Shown piece after piece: positions 26,296 through 39,911 of a stretch of DNA of 64,000 nt. The notes under the pieces were generated by a model that searched no databases, was not told the DNA's origin, and was given only the letters and a program-made list of their open reading frames with translations. Position numbers and translations under genes: made by a program. Source of the stretch: Cenococcum geophilum (lineage: Eukaryota); NCBI GenBank assembly GCA_050273025.1, contig CP158635.1, positions 8,680,001-8,744,000 of the forward strand, written 5' to 3'. The first letter of the stretch is position 1. Every line of letters begins with the position of its first letter.

Positions 26296-29200
26296 AATAA
26301 TAATAATAATTCATTGCTTAACGTCCGATTTGGATCCCTACTGGGCCTACGCGGACTACTCCTTATTTACATATGGGGAGAAAACTCTATTTAAGAAAAA
26401 TGAGAAAACCCCGTGATCCATCTCCCCGCCTTTTAGGACTCGCCTACTTAGCGCCTACGAGTCGCCTATAGTGCTCTACTACCTTACTATTTAACCTCCT
26501 TAGGAACTACTGCTGCCGTAACAAGCCTACGGACACGCTAGTATCACAAACTTTTACTCTACTACTGTAGAGTTACTAGGGGGCACCTACTGCTCGCCCC
26601 CTTGCCTTTTATTACCATTTCCCTTATAACCCAGAACTAATTTAGCACATTTTAACTAATAAGCCACTGGGTAACCGCCTTAAGGCCTTTTTATATTAAG
26701 AGTAGTGTATTATAGTTCTCTATGCTAGCTACTAAGAGCATTATTTCTTAATTGGTGTATAGGGGGCATAGCAGTATTACATATTTTGGTGTCTGTCTTA
26801 GCTAGCTATATTCGCATCTTAGGCTACCTACTAGGACACCCACCCAGTAAAGCCAATCTTTTAGTCCTATTATTCCTGTTCTTAAGAGTGTTGCTATTAT
26901 ATTTTCTACCTTTATTAGGCCTTCTCGGAGCCCTTAGGTATTTACCCCCCATGGCGTTAACTATGCTATAGCTTGGGTTTGTCTTGCCTAAGTTAGCCTC
27001 TATACCTTTAACTCCTATTCGCCTCTCTAGCGTTAGTCCAACTAGTATTATATTGCGGTAGATGGTTTTCTAGCGTTCTTACATGTTCTACTTTAGCTCC
27101 TTTCTCTATCTTACTGTTGTCTTTGCTGACCTCTTACGCGTCTCCCTTCCTCCTCTATATGGGCCTAGGCCCTAAAGCGGCACCATTCTTCTTCTGCTTT
27201 CTTTACCTGTTTCTCTAATATCTCTTCCCTACTTTAGGGTTGTTGGTTTGTTCTCCTATAGGGCACCCTAGGGTCCCTCTATAGTTTACTTAGGCGTGTC
27301 TTAATATACTTTATAATATTAGAGTTGTGTTTATTTTGCGTTCTTTATATTGCAGTGGCTTTAATATATAACTATAGGGGGGGAATATTGGATTCCTTCT
27401 TAAGCAGTGCTATGGCCGTTTACTTATACCCGCCTATAATACTCTAGAGGTAGGCTGTTTAGACCTTTTGAAGTAGTTTAAGGAGTAATTTTAGGGGGCC
27501 CTTCTTAGTTTCTCCAATGGCCCAGATACTAGATCTATATATTATAGTTAGCCGGACGACTGCTATATATAGTAGGCGTGACCTCTAGAAGTATGGACCC
27601 TATATAGAATTAACAATCCTAGATAAAGCGATGAACTGTGCTTGGCCTTTACGGGCCGCTTGCGCCGCATATGCGCTCTACTGGAGCTTACTATCTACCC
27701 ATACTCCTAATACCCTTAGGCCCTAAACTAGTTGACCCCTAAAGCCTTAGATGTAAATTATATACTAGAGATCTGCAGATTAGTTGCGTTTTCTTATAAA
27801 ATAGATTAGCTGGTATTTCTCTGGTAAAAATTAGACTCTATAACGTTTTGCCTACTCTATATAAGTGTTATAGGCTTTCTCTAGTATTCTGCAGTTCTCT
27901 GCGGCTGTTGGCCCGTATGTGATTAGGTTTATATTATCAACAAAGCCTATTCCCTAGGTCGCCCCTTCCTTAAAGGAGTCGAGCAGGTTGCTTATAAAGA
28001 AAAGGAAGAGTATAGGCGAGAGGGGTAATCCTTGTAGTATTCCTGTTATAACTGCAATAGGGGGGCTCTAGTATCCGCTAAAGACTAGTAATATTTCTTT
28101 CTAGCCTGTAAACCCTTAGATAAATTATATAATCTATTCTGGGAAGCCCTTTGCCCTAAGGATATGCAAGAGACGCTCGTGGGGTATATTATCATAGGCA
28201 CCATTAATATCTAGGCTAAGCATTAATACTATAAAGTCCTTTTGCATCGCCCATACAGATTTAATAGTAGTAGCGAGTAGCGTAAGTACTAATAGTGTTA
28301 AGCGGTTCTTTTTTACCCCTATTTGGCTTTGTGGTAGTAGGGCGTATTCCTCTACCGTATCTACTATGCGTTCCGCTATTACCCTTTCTAAGATCTTACT
28401 AAGGGTGTTTTCTAAGGCAATAGGGCGGTAGCTTCCTAGGATTAAGTAATCTACTTTACCTTCTTTTCATAGAACAACTGTTGTTATAGATCTTCCGAGT
28501 CGCGGGTAGTAGCCTATAGCAAAGCATGCTCTGGCTACATCTATAAGCTAAAGTGCTATAAGTGGCCCACAGGTTTTTAGGGCCTTATTTAGAATCCTAT
28601 CTAGTCCTAGTGTTATATTATTTAAAAGGCGGCTAATGGTTCTAGCTATTTCCTCTATTGTTATATCGCTGTTGACCTACAGGTGAATTACCGGTGTTTC
28701 GCCCGTGATATTACTGAGGTCTGCTAGAGTTAGTTGGGGGAAGAACCTTTCTATAAGGATCTTTGCCTTCTTATTGTTGTTGTTTATGGCCTGTAATTCT
28801 CCTACTCTTTATAGGGGTAGTAGGTGTAGGTCTTCTGCTAGGCGCCCTACCTTTTTCTTTACCTATTTCGCTATATCCTAAAGGCCCTTATTATAGGGGA
28901 GGCTTAGGTTAGAAGTATGCTTATTTATAAACCGTCTCCAGTTATTCCTTACTTCTTTTTTTAGGGTATTCTTTAGCTGGTTTCTTGTGTCTTTATATCG
29001 TCTCTTATCTTTAGGGTTGTAGCTACTTGTATATTTCCTTCTTACTTATCGTTAGCTAGCAACCAGAACTGCGCATTATATAAACCATGCGTATCGCGCG
29101 TAGGGGCCCGGTTTTAAGATCGGGCAGTACTCTTTTAGCCTATTTTTAATTGCTGCCTAGATCCTTTCTAGTCTTCGGTCGATTTCCTTAGGGGTAGTTA

Positions 29201-31912
29201 ATAGGCCTCGCTCGTTTAGTATTAGGTGGATTTCTTCTAGGTCTTAGAGTTGTTATTTAACTGCATTAAGGAAACTATCTGTCTTAAGCTTCCTTATTAC
29301 GTATCTTTTTCTATTTAGTTGCGCTTTAGTATCTAGATCTAGCTATATCTGGATAGGGATATAGTCTAGGGTAAGTGCCTATTCTTCTTCGGGGTTACAC
29401 CTTTCGAGTCTCTAGTATAGGCCTTTATCTATAAATATGAGGTCAATTATACTTCTAGCGGTGCCTCATTACTATATAATTGCTCCTAGGGGGGTAGCTA
29501 GCTTAAGGCCCTAGATATCTATAGCTCTTAGTAGGCACTCTAACTGTTAGTCTATAGCAATATAAATACCCCCCTACCGCGGGTGGTAGAGGTTTATGTC
29601 TCCTAATAGGATAGACTCTATACCTTTGGTTTTCAGTAAGCTTATTACCGATATAATATTCTCTATTTATAGGACCCCTTCGACCCTAGGGTTATATACA
29701 TTAATAATTTGTACCGGTCCCCTATATATTTAGATTATTATAACTATAATGTCTAGGTTAACTACCTGCCATAATTATAAGAACAGGCTAATAGCCTTAC
29801 TAATTATAAAGTATATACATATAGCTGCTTTTGGTTCATATAGGAGCTAAAATCCTTAGGGGCAGTATGTTAATTATATAAAGGTATTATAATACGGCTC
29901 TTATATAGTAAGGATATGGTGTTTCTCTAGGTCTAAACTGTCTAGTAGGGGCCTTACAAGGCGGTGGTTTGTGTTGCCGCAGTTATACTATATAATGAAT
30001 AGGTAGCGGACCCCCGGTAAGGGTCCTTCGACTCTCCTTTATTCCTTACTTCTTCTATTTCTACTTTCTCTAGGATATTTAGAGCTTCTATCTCTTATGT
30101 CTACACCCTAGTTACTACTCATTTTATATAGAGCTTTCTATTCCCGTATTTTGTGTTCCTATTAGCGCTTCTATATCTAAATCTATTATTATTACCGGTT
30201 CTTCCCTTATTCTTACTAGTCGGCTATATACCCTTTATAAGTCGGCTGCAAATGTTATATTTACCACATTAAGTCTAATTCTTAATTATCCTGGTCTTAA
30301 GCCTGCTGTTACTGTCTATAGGGGTCTTCCTACGGGGCGTCCTCTCCCTTATATCCCTTGTGACCCTTATATCCCTAATCGGTTTGGTAATGTCACGCGG
30401 CGTCACTTTTAGCCTGTTAAGGCTTAGGATAGCTGGCCTAGCCCTCTAGTATTAAAGGTAGGAAACGCTAGGAAAGCACCTACGTCCCCCTAGCTTATCG
30501 CCTATTGTTTCCATTTATATAACCTAGCGTACAGTTATTCCCGTAGCTATTAAGCCCTTACCTTCCGTCTCCTGTATTTAATATAGTCTTCTCTCTCCTA
30601 CGCCTTATATGTGCTTTAGTGGCAGTTCGCGTATTTTATTTAGTCTTAATTTAAGCAATGTCTTATATTATAGGGGCCTGCACAGTGGCCGTAGTATACC
30701 TGTGCTGCGCATATAGATTAGGTGTGTCCCTATTATATATAATAATAGCATCGTTTTAGGCGTAGTCTATAGTTATAGAGCCTTGTATTATATATAAGGC
30801 CATTTATAATTATTCCTTTTTGGATAAGGAGTTTTTGCATTCCTAGTATATGTATGCTAACAATAAGGGAGCCATGCATTCGTCCAGCGTCTCCCTAGCA
30901 AGTCTTTGGCGACCCTTATATCCTCTTATTATTCTCATTATATGCTTAATTTGCATTTTCCTATTAAAGCTATTGGATTCGGGTGATTTCAAGTCCTAGT
31001 ATAAGGCGTTCCGTTTGTCTTACTATCTCCTATATAATTGCTGTATTGTCCGCCTAGCGTCCCTTTTCTACCCTAAGGCTTATAGGAACCGCTAGGACTT
31101 TAACTAGGTAATCCTCGCGAAGTACTTTTATGCCAATACGTTCTCCTAGCCTATCCCCTACCCTTACGGCTTATTCCTTTGCCTATTAGTCCTTTAGGGT
31201 AACTCTAATGTCTCCGCTCTTAAGGTATTAGACTATAATAGCGTTATGGACCTCTTTATATATCTTTATAAGGACTTCTGTTTCTAATTATCCCCTAAGC
31301 CCCTCTACTTATTCTGTGTTTAGTTATATTATAATTATATACCCGGTTATTAACTTAAGGGGAATAGGTTCCCTGTGCTATAAAAGCGCAGCTATAGTAG
31401 CCTAGGTGCGGTTCACCGGTAAGGAGGGATTATGCTTATTTTTAATTTTGCTTAGCCGTTGGAGGATTTAATTAAGGGTTTACTGGAGGGGCGCCTAAGG
31501 TTCGCTAAACTAGCGGAGCTATTCTGCTAGCTATATTAGTTTGTTATAGCTAACGGTTACTCCCCTATAATTCTAGATACTAGACGCGTCTAATAGGCTT
31601 TATATTTTATTAGATGCCTTCTTAATAGAGGTATTTCCGCTTTATAGTATGGTATTCGCCCGTTTTTGTTGTAGAGGGCCATTGCTGGGCGTAGTTCTAG
31701 CGGTTGCGCGCAAGTGCGAGCCACCGTCGTTCGACGTGTGCCTCCCCTGCGATGCATGCATCTCAGGGGGATTCTCTGGGTGTTTTTCAGGGTTCTTTTG
31801 GTTAGTTTTGGTCTTTTTAGGCCGGGTGCAGTAAGAGCTCTAGTTCCGTTAATCTTTGACGTTTCTTATAATTGTTGGTATATAAACTAATAATATAATT
31901 ATTTTAGGAGAC
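26296..31912 (-). mobile_element. Tad1-like LINE, apparently full length (5.6 kb), RIP-inactivated
   Basis: 15-bp TSD GGCTATAAGTTATAT (26281-26295, 31913-31927), present once at the empty site in Gypsy copy A. (ATT)n 3' tail at 26296-26310. Minus-strand ORF1 with Cys/His knuckles near 30600-30760; endonuclease (ILTI.EPY near 29900); RT (GI.QGLPLSPILF, GFVD near 27930-28045). Confidence 0.92.
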
Positions 31913-34900
31913 GGCTATAAGTTATATTAAAGAAGCCTTAATTAAGATAAGATATTTAATTACGCTGTTGCGGCTCCCGTTAGGGTCTATGCAGCGGGTC
32001 TATATAGGTATATATATATAAAAGGGAAACCGTACAGCTATAGCCGGATAAAACCTTAAGAAGCCTTAATTATAACGTTAAAAGATTTAGAGGAGTAATT
32101 AAAAGACTAAAGAAGTGAGAGGTAAATCTTAGTACCTATAAATAAAGTTATAACGCTTAGATTAACATAGAAGAGGTTTAAACTTAAGGATAAAGATAAG
32201 CTAAGAGTTAACCTAAGATACTAAGTATATTATATATTGGTATAGATCGTATATATGGATAATATATATAATATATATAAAGTACCTAAAAATAAGAACC
32301 GGAAGTACCTAGTAAGGATATATTAGGCACTAGATAAGGCAAAATATAGAAACGCTAAGTATATATATAGTTAGCACTTAGTAAAAGTATAAAGCTAAGG
32401 GGACTTAACACTTTAACTAAAAAGGTTTCTTACGGAAAAATGCCTAGATGGACAATAGTAGTAGAAATGCCTAAAGAATATATATCTATAGTATATTAAA
32501 GATAAAAAGCGAACTAAGTATTAGCTAAAGGTAAACTAAGTATAAACGGGATTAAGCAGCTAATAGTTAGGAAAAGTAGAGGCTTATAAAACTAGAGGGA
32601 ACTAATAATAAAGCCTTAAACCCTTAAAAAAATTTAAGGATAACATCTAAATTTATAAGTTAAGTAGTAAGATTAACAGTTTAAAGCACTAATAGATAGT
32701 AGAGTAATAAGAAACTATATATTACTAGCAGTAGTAAAACGGATAGGGATACCATACAGAAAAAAGGAGTACCCTTACCTATTAGTAATAATTTTAGGAG
32801 ATCTAATAGCCTATAGAGGAGGCATTATTAATCTTAAAATAGGACCTATTTAGTTAACTATTAAAGGGAGATAAATTAAGATATTTTTTAATATATTACT
32901 ATTAGGGAATAATAAGGCAGTATTAGGAATACCTTAGTTATAGGAATACAATCTAAAGATTAATTAGATTATAGGTTAGGTTAATATTAGAAATACTTAA
33001 TAATATAAGATGCAATAGTAAGCTAAGTTAGTATAGTACTAAATAGGGGTAACCTATAAAGAAACGGAAAAAGGATTAAGTTATATACTAAAGAAATACT
33101 ATAAGTATAGTAAAAAACTATAGTTACTAAAAAGTAAAAAGCTGTTAGAGTATATAGTATAGAACTATAAGATAGAATTAAAACTAAAAATAAGTTTAAG
33201 ATTCTTTCTAATCTATAAGCTTACCAAAGAGGAAGGTAGAGTATTAAAAGAGTTTATCTAAGAAAACCTATAAAAGGGATATATTAAACTATCGCAGTTA
33301 TTAGCGGGTTATCTAGTACTATTTATACTAAAGAAGAATAGCAAACTAAGGCTATATATTAACTACAGATAGTTAAACAGTATTATTAGAAAGGATAGGT
33401 ATCCTTTACCCTTAATTAGCGAAATTTAAGATAGGATAGGTAACGTATAAATCTTTACAAAGATAGATCTAAGATAGGCGTACTATTAGATTAGGATTAA
33501 AAAAGGCGATAAATAAAAGGCAGCCTTTAGGTTAAAGGAAGGACTATATAAACTATTAGTTATATAATTTAGGCTTATAAACATACTAGCAACGTTCTAG
33601 AAGCGTATTAATAATATATTAAGAGAATACTTAGATAAATTTATTATAGCATATCTTAACAATATTATTATTTACTTAATAACTAAAGAAGAATACGGAG
33701 AACACGTTAAATAGGTCTTAAAAAGACTATAAAAAGAATAGATGCTAGTAGTAATTAAGAAATACAAGTTCTTTACTAGGAAGACTAATTTTATTAAATT
33801 TATTATTAAACTAGGCTAACTTAGTATAGATCTAAAAAAGATTAAGGCTATAGTAAATTAGTAAGAACTAGAGAATATTACGCAGCTAAGATTATTTCTA
33901 GGGTTTTGCAATTACTATAGAAGGTTTATAACGCAATAGTTAAAGGATATTAAACTATTTACGCAACTAATAAAGAAAGAAGAACTATGGGTATAAGGAA
34001 AAGAATAGTAAAAATTATTTAAGAAAGTTAAAGAGTTATTTACCTAGAAGCTAGTTCTTAAGATTTATTAACTAGAACTAGAGACAGTTATAGAAATAAA
34101 TATATTAAACTTTATACTAGGGGCATACTTTATATAAAGATATCTAGATAGATAGTACCTAGTAGTATATTATAGTTAGAAGATAATACTACTAGAGTTA
34201 AACTATAATATCTATAATAAGGAGTTATTAGGTATAGTTATAGTATTAAAGAAATTAAGAGCATTCTTATAAGATATAGAGAAACTATTTATAGTTAAAA
34301 TAGATTATAAAAACCTAATAGGATTCCTAATAACAAAGAAACTTAACTAAAGATAGGTTAAATGGGCAGAAATGCTTACAGAATACTATTTTAAGATTTA
34401 GTATACTAAGGGTACAGATAATATACAAGCAGATACTTTAAGCTAAAAGGCTAAACTATAAAATAATAATAAGCTATTAGGGGCTTTACTGTAAAAAGAT
34501 ATATATGGACTAATTAGGTATAATTATCTAAAAATTATAGTAACTTAAGAGGAACTAGAAAGAGTTTATAAGTTACTAAAAAGCTTTTAGGCATAAAGGA
34601 TCTTTAAGGCATAGCTAGAAGAATAGTTAGAGCATTTAGGAAAGGAAATACTATATAAGTATAGAGAGGCGAAGTATATCCTAAAAAGTATAGCGGAATA
34701 CTTTATAAAAGATTTCTATAAAGGATTAACTTAAGGATATAATAGAGCCGCGGGCTTAGTATTAAAACTCTAAGAGGAGTATATTATTAATAGAATTTAA
34801 AGCTTAGCATAAAAAGTTATAAAGGAATATCTAAATTGCTAAAGAAATAAATTAATAAGATATAAGCCGTATAGAGGGCTATAACCTATTAAAATACTAA

Positions 34901-35893
34901 AGAGACTATAAGAAGTTATATTATGGGACTTTATTATTAAGTTACTAAAGTTAAAAAATCCTATTACCGGATAAGATTATAACGCGATCTTAGTAATAGT
35001 AAATAAGCTTATAAAGTAGGGATACTTTATAGCAGACACAGAAGAAATATTAGTAGAAGATATCGCTAAAATCTATATTAAAGAAGTGTTTATAAGACAT
35101 AGGGTACTAAATAAGATTATATTAGATAGAGATTTAAGATTTATAGCAGTATTTTAGGAGGTATTCTTAGCGGAATAAAGAGTTAGAGTAGTAACTTTTA
35201 CCGTATATTATCTATAAACAGATAGTTAAACGGAAAGACTAAATTAGATACTAGAACAGTATCTAAAATACTATATTAATTATATATAAAACAATTAAGT
35301 ATTACTATTACTAGTTATATAGTTTATATATAATATAACACCATAAGAAGGAATAGGCATATTACTATTTAAGGCAAATTATGGATATAAGCTAAGAATA
35401 TTATTATTACCATAATAAGTAAAGAAAATAAGTAGTACAGCTAAAGAAAAAATAAAAACACTAATAAATCTTTATACAGACCTTATAGAATTAGTAAAAA
35501 GAGTATAGAAAAGAATAAAAAAGTACTATAATACTAAGAGATCTAAAGGACTAAATCTTAAGGAGGGAGATAAAGTGTGGCTACTATATAAGAATTTTAA
35601 GAGTTAATAACTAAGTAAGAAGTTGGACTATATTAAATTAGGACTTTTTAAAATTAAATAAAGGATTTTACTAGTTACGTTTAAGTTAAACCTACTAGCT
35701 AAAATAAAAATCTACCCTATATAGTATATTGTAATACTAGAGCTAGTATATAGGAATATTAAGCTACTAGTTTATAAAGTAGACACATATAGAGGATAGA
35801 AAGAAGACAAATAATAAGTTTTAAAGATTATTAGTTATAAGGACATTAATAATAAAATATAGTATAAGGTTAAGTAGATAAGCTATACTAAGA

Positions 35894-36578
35894 CTACCTA
35901 GGAGCTACTATAGAATTTAAAAAACGCTATAAGAATGGTATAGGAGTATTAGGAGAAATTAGGTTAGGTAGTATTAATAAAAAAGGATTACTAAAAAATA
36001 AGTTACTTAAGGGGGACCTAAGAGGAGTAGTTGCTAAACTACTTAGATCTATTTCCTTCTCGGTTAAAAGAAAATCTATTCTTTTATTACTAAGTTCCTA
36101 TAAACCCTATTCTATAAGTTTCTACTCCTTAAAATAAACCTTCTTATAAACCTTTTTAAGACGGAGTAACTAAGCGGACGCCGTAATATGGGCTTTAAGG
36201 GCCTTCTGCTCCATATTATAAGAACATTTTAACTTAATAAGGGCTTAAGACAGTTTACTATCTAGCTGTATAGTAGCAGATTAAATATAAAACTCTAAAA
36301 TAAATTAATTAGGGAATTAGATAACTATTAAGGATAATAGGTTACGTATATTTAGTATTAGAGATAAAGTAAATATTATAGGACGAACAAATATTTACTT
36401 TAGTGCACTCTAAGTAAGAGGACAGTTATTGTAAAGATAGGTTTACTAATATAATATAAACTAACCCCTCTTTTAAATAGCGAGAATATAAAGACAGTAT
36501 AATCTTACTAAGAGATAATATCGTAGCAATAGTATAAGCATAACGTTGCGCCTATAAGGAAGAAAGAGCTTTAGGTAT
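35894..36578 (-). pseudogene. Antisense Zn(II)2Cys6-like + coiled-coil ORF, Gypsy copy B
   Basis: Colinear homolog of 6353-7036 (LECTK.NI, EQKAL.AHITASA.LLRLKK) with the same intron position. Confidence 0.65.
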
Positions 36579-36686
36579 AATAAGTAACAATATTAACCAA
36601 ATTAATTAAATAGATATTATACCTTTAGTAAATAACTTAAAGATATTTTAAATCTTTAAGAATAAAGATAAAAAGGAGGGGGATAG

Positions 36687-37105
36687 TATTACGGACGCTT
36701 TAAGTATAATAATGTAACTACTTAGAGAAGAGTTAAAAGAAGCTAGTTAGTTAATTTAGGCACGGTCTAAGATAGAGCCGATAGAGCTATATAACGAGGA
36801 ATGGTAGCTAAGGTTATATAACATTATAAGTAGTTTACGCAGTGTATAAAGGGAACGTATATATAACACGTATAACACGTACATTACGTATAAAAAGGAT
36901 TTCTTAGGAGTACGGTCGTGTATTTAAAGGACCACAGTCCCTACCTAGATAGTTCCTTGTAGTAATTATTAGAATACAATTAGAGTTAATCTGTTAGGCA
37001 ACTACTCCACCAGTTGTTATTACGTTGTTGACTTTAATTGGCATCACCTACACACCTAGCCCAATAACGAGCCCATCGTAGTACTTGCTACAAGGTTCCG
37101 TTACA
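36687..37105 (+). repeat. Gypsy copy B 3' LTR
   Basis: Direct repeat of 23494-23925; ends TTACA. Confidence 0.95.
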
Positions 37106-37523
37106 CTCACGGTTTTACAGGTGAGGTTGGGTGCAAAAATCGGAGATCTGCATGCCAAGGATTCCAGTTCATTTTGCAAACGACTAATGCTACTTTCCTA
37201 ATTAGGAAGGTGCAAGAACTTAGGACAGCGACCTTCGTATCCTAGCGCGACTTTTGTGATCTTCCGGGCGAACTCCTTGCTGAAACTGCTCGTGCTCGGC
37301 TTCGACCTTGCATTGCAGCTACTCCTGACCGGCCGAACGTCTTCATGCGCCTCCATCACCGGCCCTAACAATCGGACGAACGATTTGCACGCACTCATTC
37401 GTTCCTTCCATCACGTCCATTTTCAAGCGTCTGCGGTTCCCCGATGTAGATATATTACTTCAACTTCGCTCTACTGCAAGCTCTTATCAGCTTCTCCCAA
37501 CTTCCCTAAGACGTCAAGACACA

Positions 37524-39600
37524 ATGAAACAAGGAGATCTACGCACCAGCACTCTTGTGCTCCTCCCAGTGCTACTTTTCCTGCTCATAAGTGGAGTTAG
37601 CGCGGGAATAGAACTCAATCCCTCGAAGTCAGCGGGCAAGTATGCTTCTCGTACCTACCGATATTCAACTAATTGGGATGTTCAACAGTATATCCAAAAC
37701 TGATAAATGCTACCATCAGTACGCTCTCAGCAGGTCTCGCTAGCAAGCAGTTCACTAGTGTCGATCTCGTTCAGGTACGCTGTGGTCATCGTTATCTCGT
37801 TCACATTTTTTAGACCTCCCTTGGCCATCGTTATCTCTTTATTTTCTCAAGGACGATTAGCGTTCAGAACTTTCTGACAAGCTGTGCTAGGCCTACTTCA
37901 ATCGAATAGCTGAGGTCAATGGCACATTCCACGCAGTGACTGAGCTAAACCCAGATGCTCTGACCATCGCAGCTCAACTAGATGCTGAGCGTTCATTAGG
38001 ACATATTCGCGGGTAAGAAGTGCTTCGAAGCAGGGGTGTCAGTTGGCTTACGGAATCAGCCCACTTCATGGAATCCCTATCTTAATCAAAAATAACATTG
38101 CCACAAGCGACAAAATGAATAACACTGGTAAATGTCAATTCCTGTATGACAGTGTACCCTCTCACCTTTACCAGCTGGTTCTTGGGCGCTCTTAGGGGCT
38201 AAAGTACCCAGAGATGCCACAGTCGTCCAAAAGCTTCGAGTTGCAGGAGCAGTCCTCCTCGGAAAAACGAACCTGAGTCAGTGGGCAAACTGGAGATCTC
38301 TCAACTCCAGCAATGGTTGGTCTGCGTATGGAGGTCAAGTTTATGGCCCCTACTTTCCGAAAGAGGAGCCATGGGGAAGTTCAAGCGGAAGTGGCGTAGC
38401 ATCTGCGTAGGTAAACAGCTTGGAACTGGAGAACATATCTAATGTACTTGCAGTCTTGGTCTGGCTTTAGCCTGTTTAGGAACTGAGACCGATGGTTCTA
38501 TCACGGGCCCTTCATCTTTTAACAACTTAGTCGGAATCAAGCCAAGTAAGCTCAATCATCTATTAAGGCCCTGGGTATTCTACGACTAATAATTTCTCAG
38601 CCGTCGGACTAACGTCTAGGCATTTAATAATTCCAGTCAGCGAGCATCAAGACACAGTTGGACCTATGGCGAGAACGGTCAAGGACGCTGCCCACATTCT
38701 ACAAGCAATTGCAGGCGTAGATTCGCGAGACAATTACACTTTTGCTATTCCGGACGGAATTATACCAGATTACATCGCCGCCTGCAATCTTTCGGCACTT
38801 TCTGGAACTCGACTTGGCATTCCTCGTGAACTTATATCACTGAATTCCGACAACACTACCGGGCCGATGGTTGAAGTTTTCGGGCAAGCTTTAGAAGTTC
38901 TGACAGCTGCAGGTGCCACTATTGTCAACACCAATTTCACCGCGGCTGTCGAATATCAGAATTCGAAACTACCAGCAGTAATTCTCAATGCCGATTTCGT
39001 GGTCAACTTACACAGCTATTTGCAGACTCTAACCTATAACCCAAACAACATCACATCTCTGGCTAAGCTGCGCGACTTCACTCAATCATTCCCGCTGGAG
39101 GACTACCCCACCAGAGACACTGGGGTATGGGACCAAGCCTTGCAGAACTGGAACAACACGGATCCTCGCTTCTGGCCTGCCTACCAACAAAACTTTTATT
39201 ACGGCAGTGATGGAGGTTTGCTTGGCGCTCTAAAACGCGATAGTCTTGATGCAGTTATCTTGCCAGCAAACTTTGCGTCTGACGCAGCTGCCACCGTGGG
39301 TGCACCGATTGTGACTGTGCCCCTGGGTTCTTATCCCGCCGGCGTCCCTGTCGTGAAAAACTCCTGGGGTTTAGTCGAATCGGCCCCAAATATTCCGTAC
39401 GTTGTTTGTCATCTTGAAACTTGACACCTCTCTGACTTCCTTCCTCCCCTAGGTTTGGAATCAGCTTTCTCGGCGCGAAATTCACTGAAGCAAAACTCAT
39501 TGGTCTGGCGTATGCTTTTGAGCAAAGAACCAATATCAGGGACAAGGTGCAGCCATACATCAGTCCAAAAAGCGAACTTACAGACGTGGTCGGAAAATAG
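37524..39600 (+). CDS. Amidase-signature family enzyme, probably secreted (8 exons)
   Basis: Spliced reading gives a hydrophobic N-terminus, GPLHGIPILIKNNIAT, LGKTNLSQWA, GSSSGSG, LGTETDGSI, QDTVGPMARTVKD and LAYAFEQRT; Lys-Ser-Ser catalytic residues present. Six GT-AG introns plus a first intron best read as GC-AG. Confidence 0.93.
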
Positions 39601-39911
39601 ATAACCAGCATCGGTCAGACCCTTTTAAGCAGAGGTTTGTTGGTGGCAGGTCAGCATCAATGGGCGATGGTGCAGATCTCCATGCGATGCAGGTCTCCAT
39701 GAGAGAGAAGTAATGTATGACATAATTATGCATGGGACCATTGTATGCAGTAGTTCTTGTGGTACACCGTAGGCATGGTCTAAAAGCTTATTAATTGGAT
39801 CCGCGTGACCTGAATGCATCCTGCTGCGCAGATCAGTCAAAGGTGCATGATTCCTTCCTTAAACCTTTCCACCACCACATTTTAGGATCAAATCACAATA
39901 TTCCCACGAAC

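Larger units (their letters stand above)
23494..37105 (+). mobile_element. Ty3/Gypsy LTR retrotransposon, copy B (same family as copy A), interrupted by a LINE
   Basis: LTRs 23494-23925 and 36687-37105 with TSD CTCAC (23489-23493, 37106-37110). PPT at 36670-36686; gag ATG 23971; RT/RNase H/integrase/chromodomain at about 33150-35990, colinear with the reverse complement of copy A. Confidence 0.95.
21749..37184 (-). mobile_element. Tc1-like DD34E DNA transposon with ~200-bp TIRs; right TIR split by Gypsy copy B
   Basis: Left TIR about 21749-21950 is the inverse of 23362-23493 + 37111-37184; TA on both flanks (21747-48, 37185-86); transposase inside. Confidence 0.85.

Noticed and set aside
38400..38412. 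Apparent TAG stop after GSGVASA in the amidase
   Set aside because: It falls inside an intron starting GTAGGT at 38407; splicing restores ALGLA.
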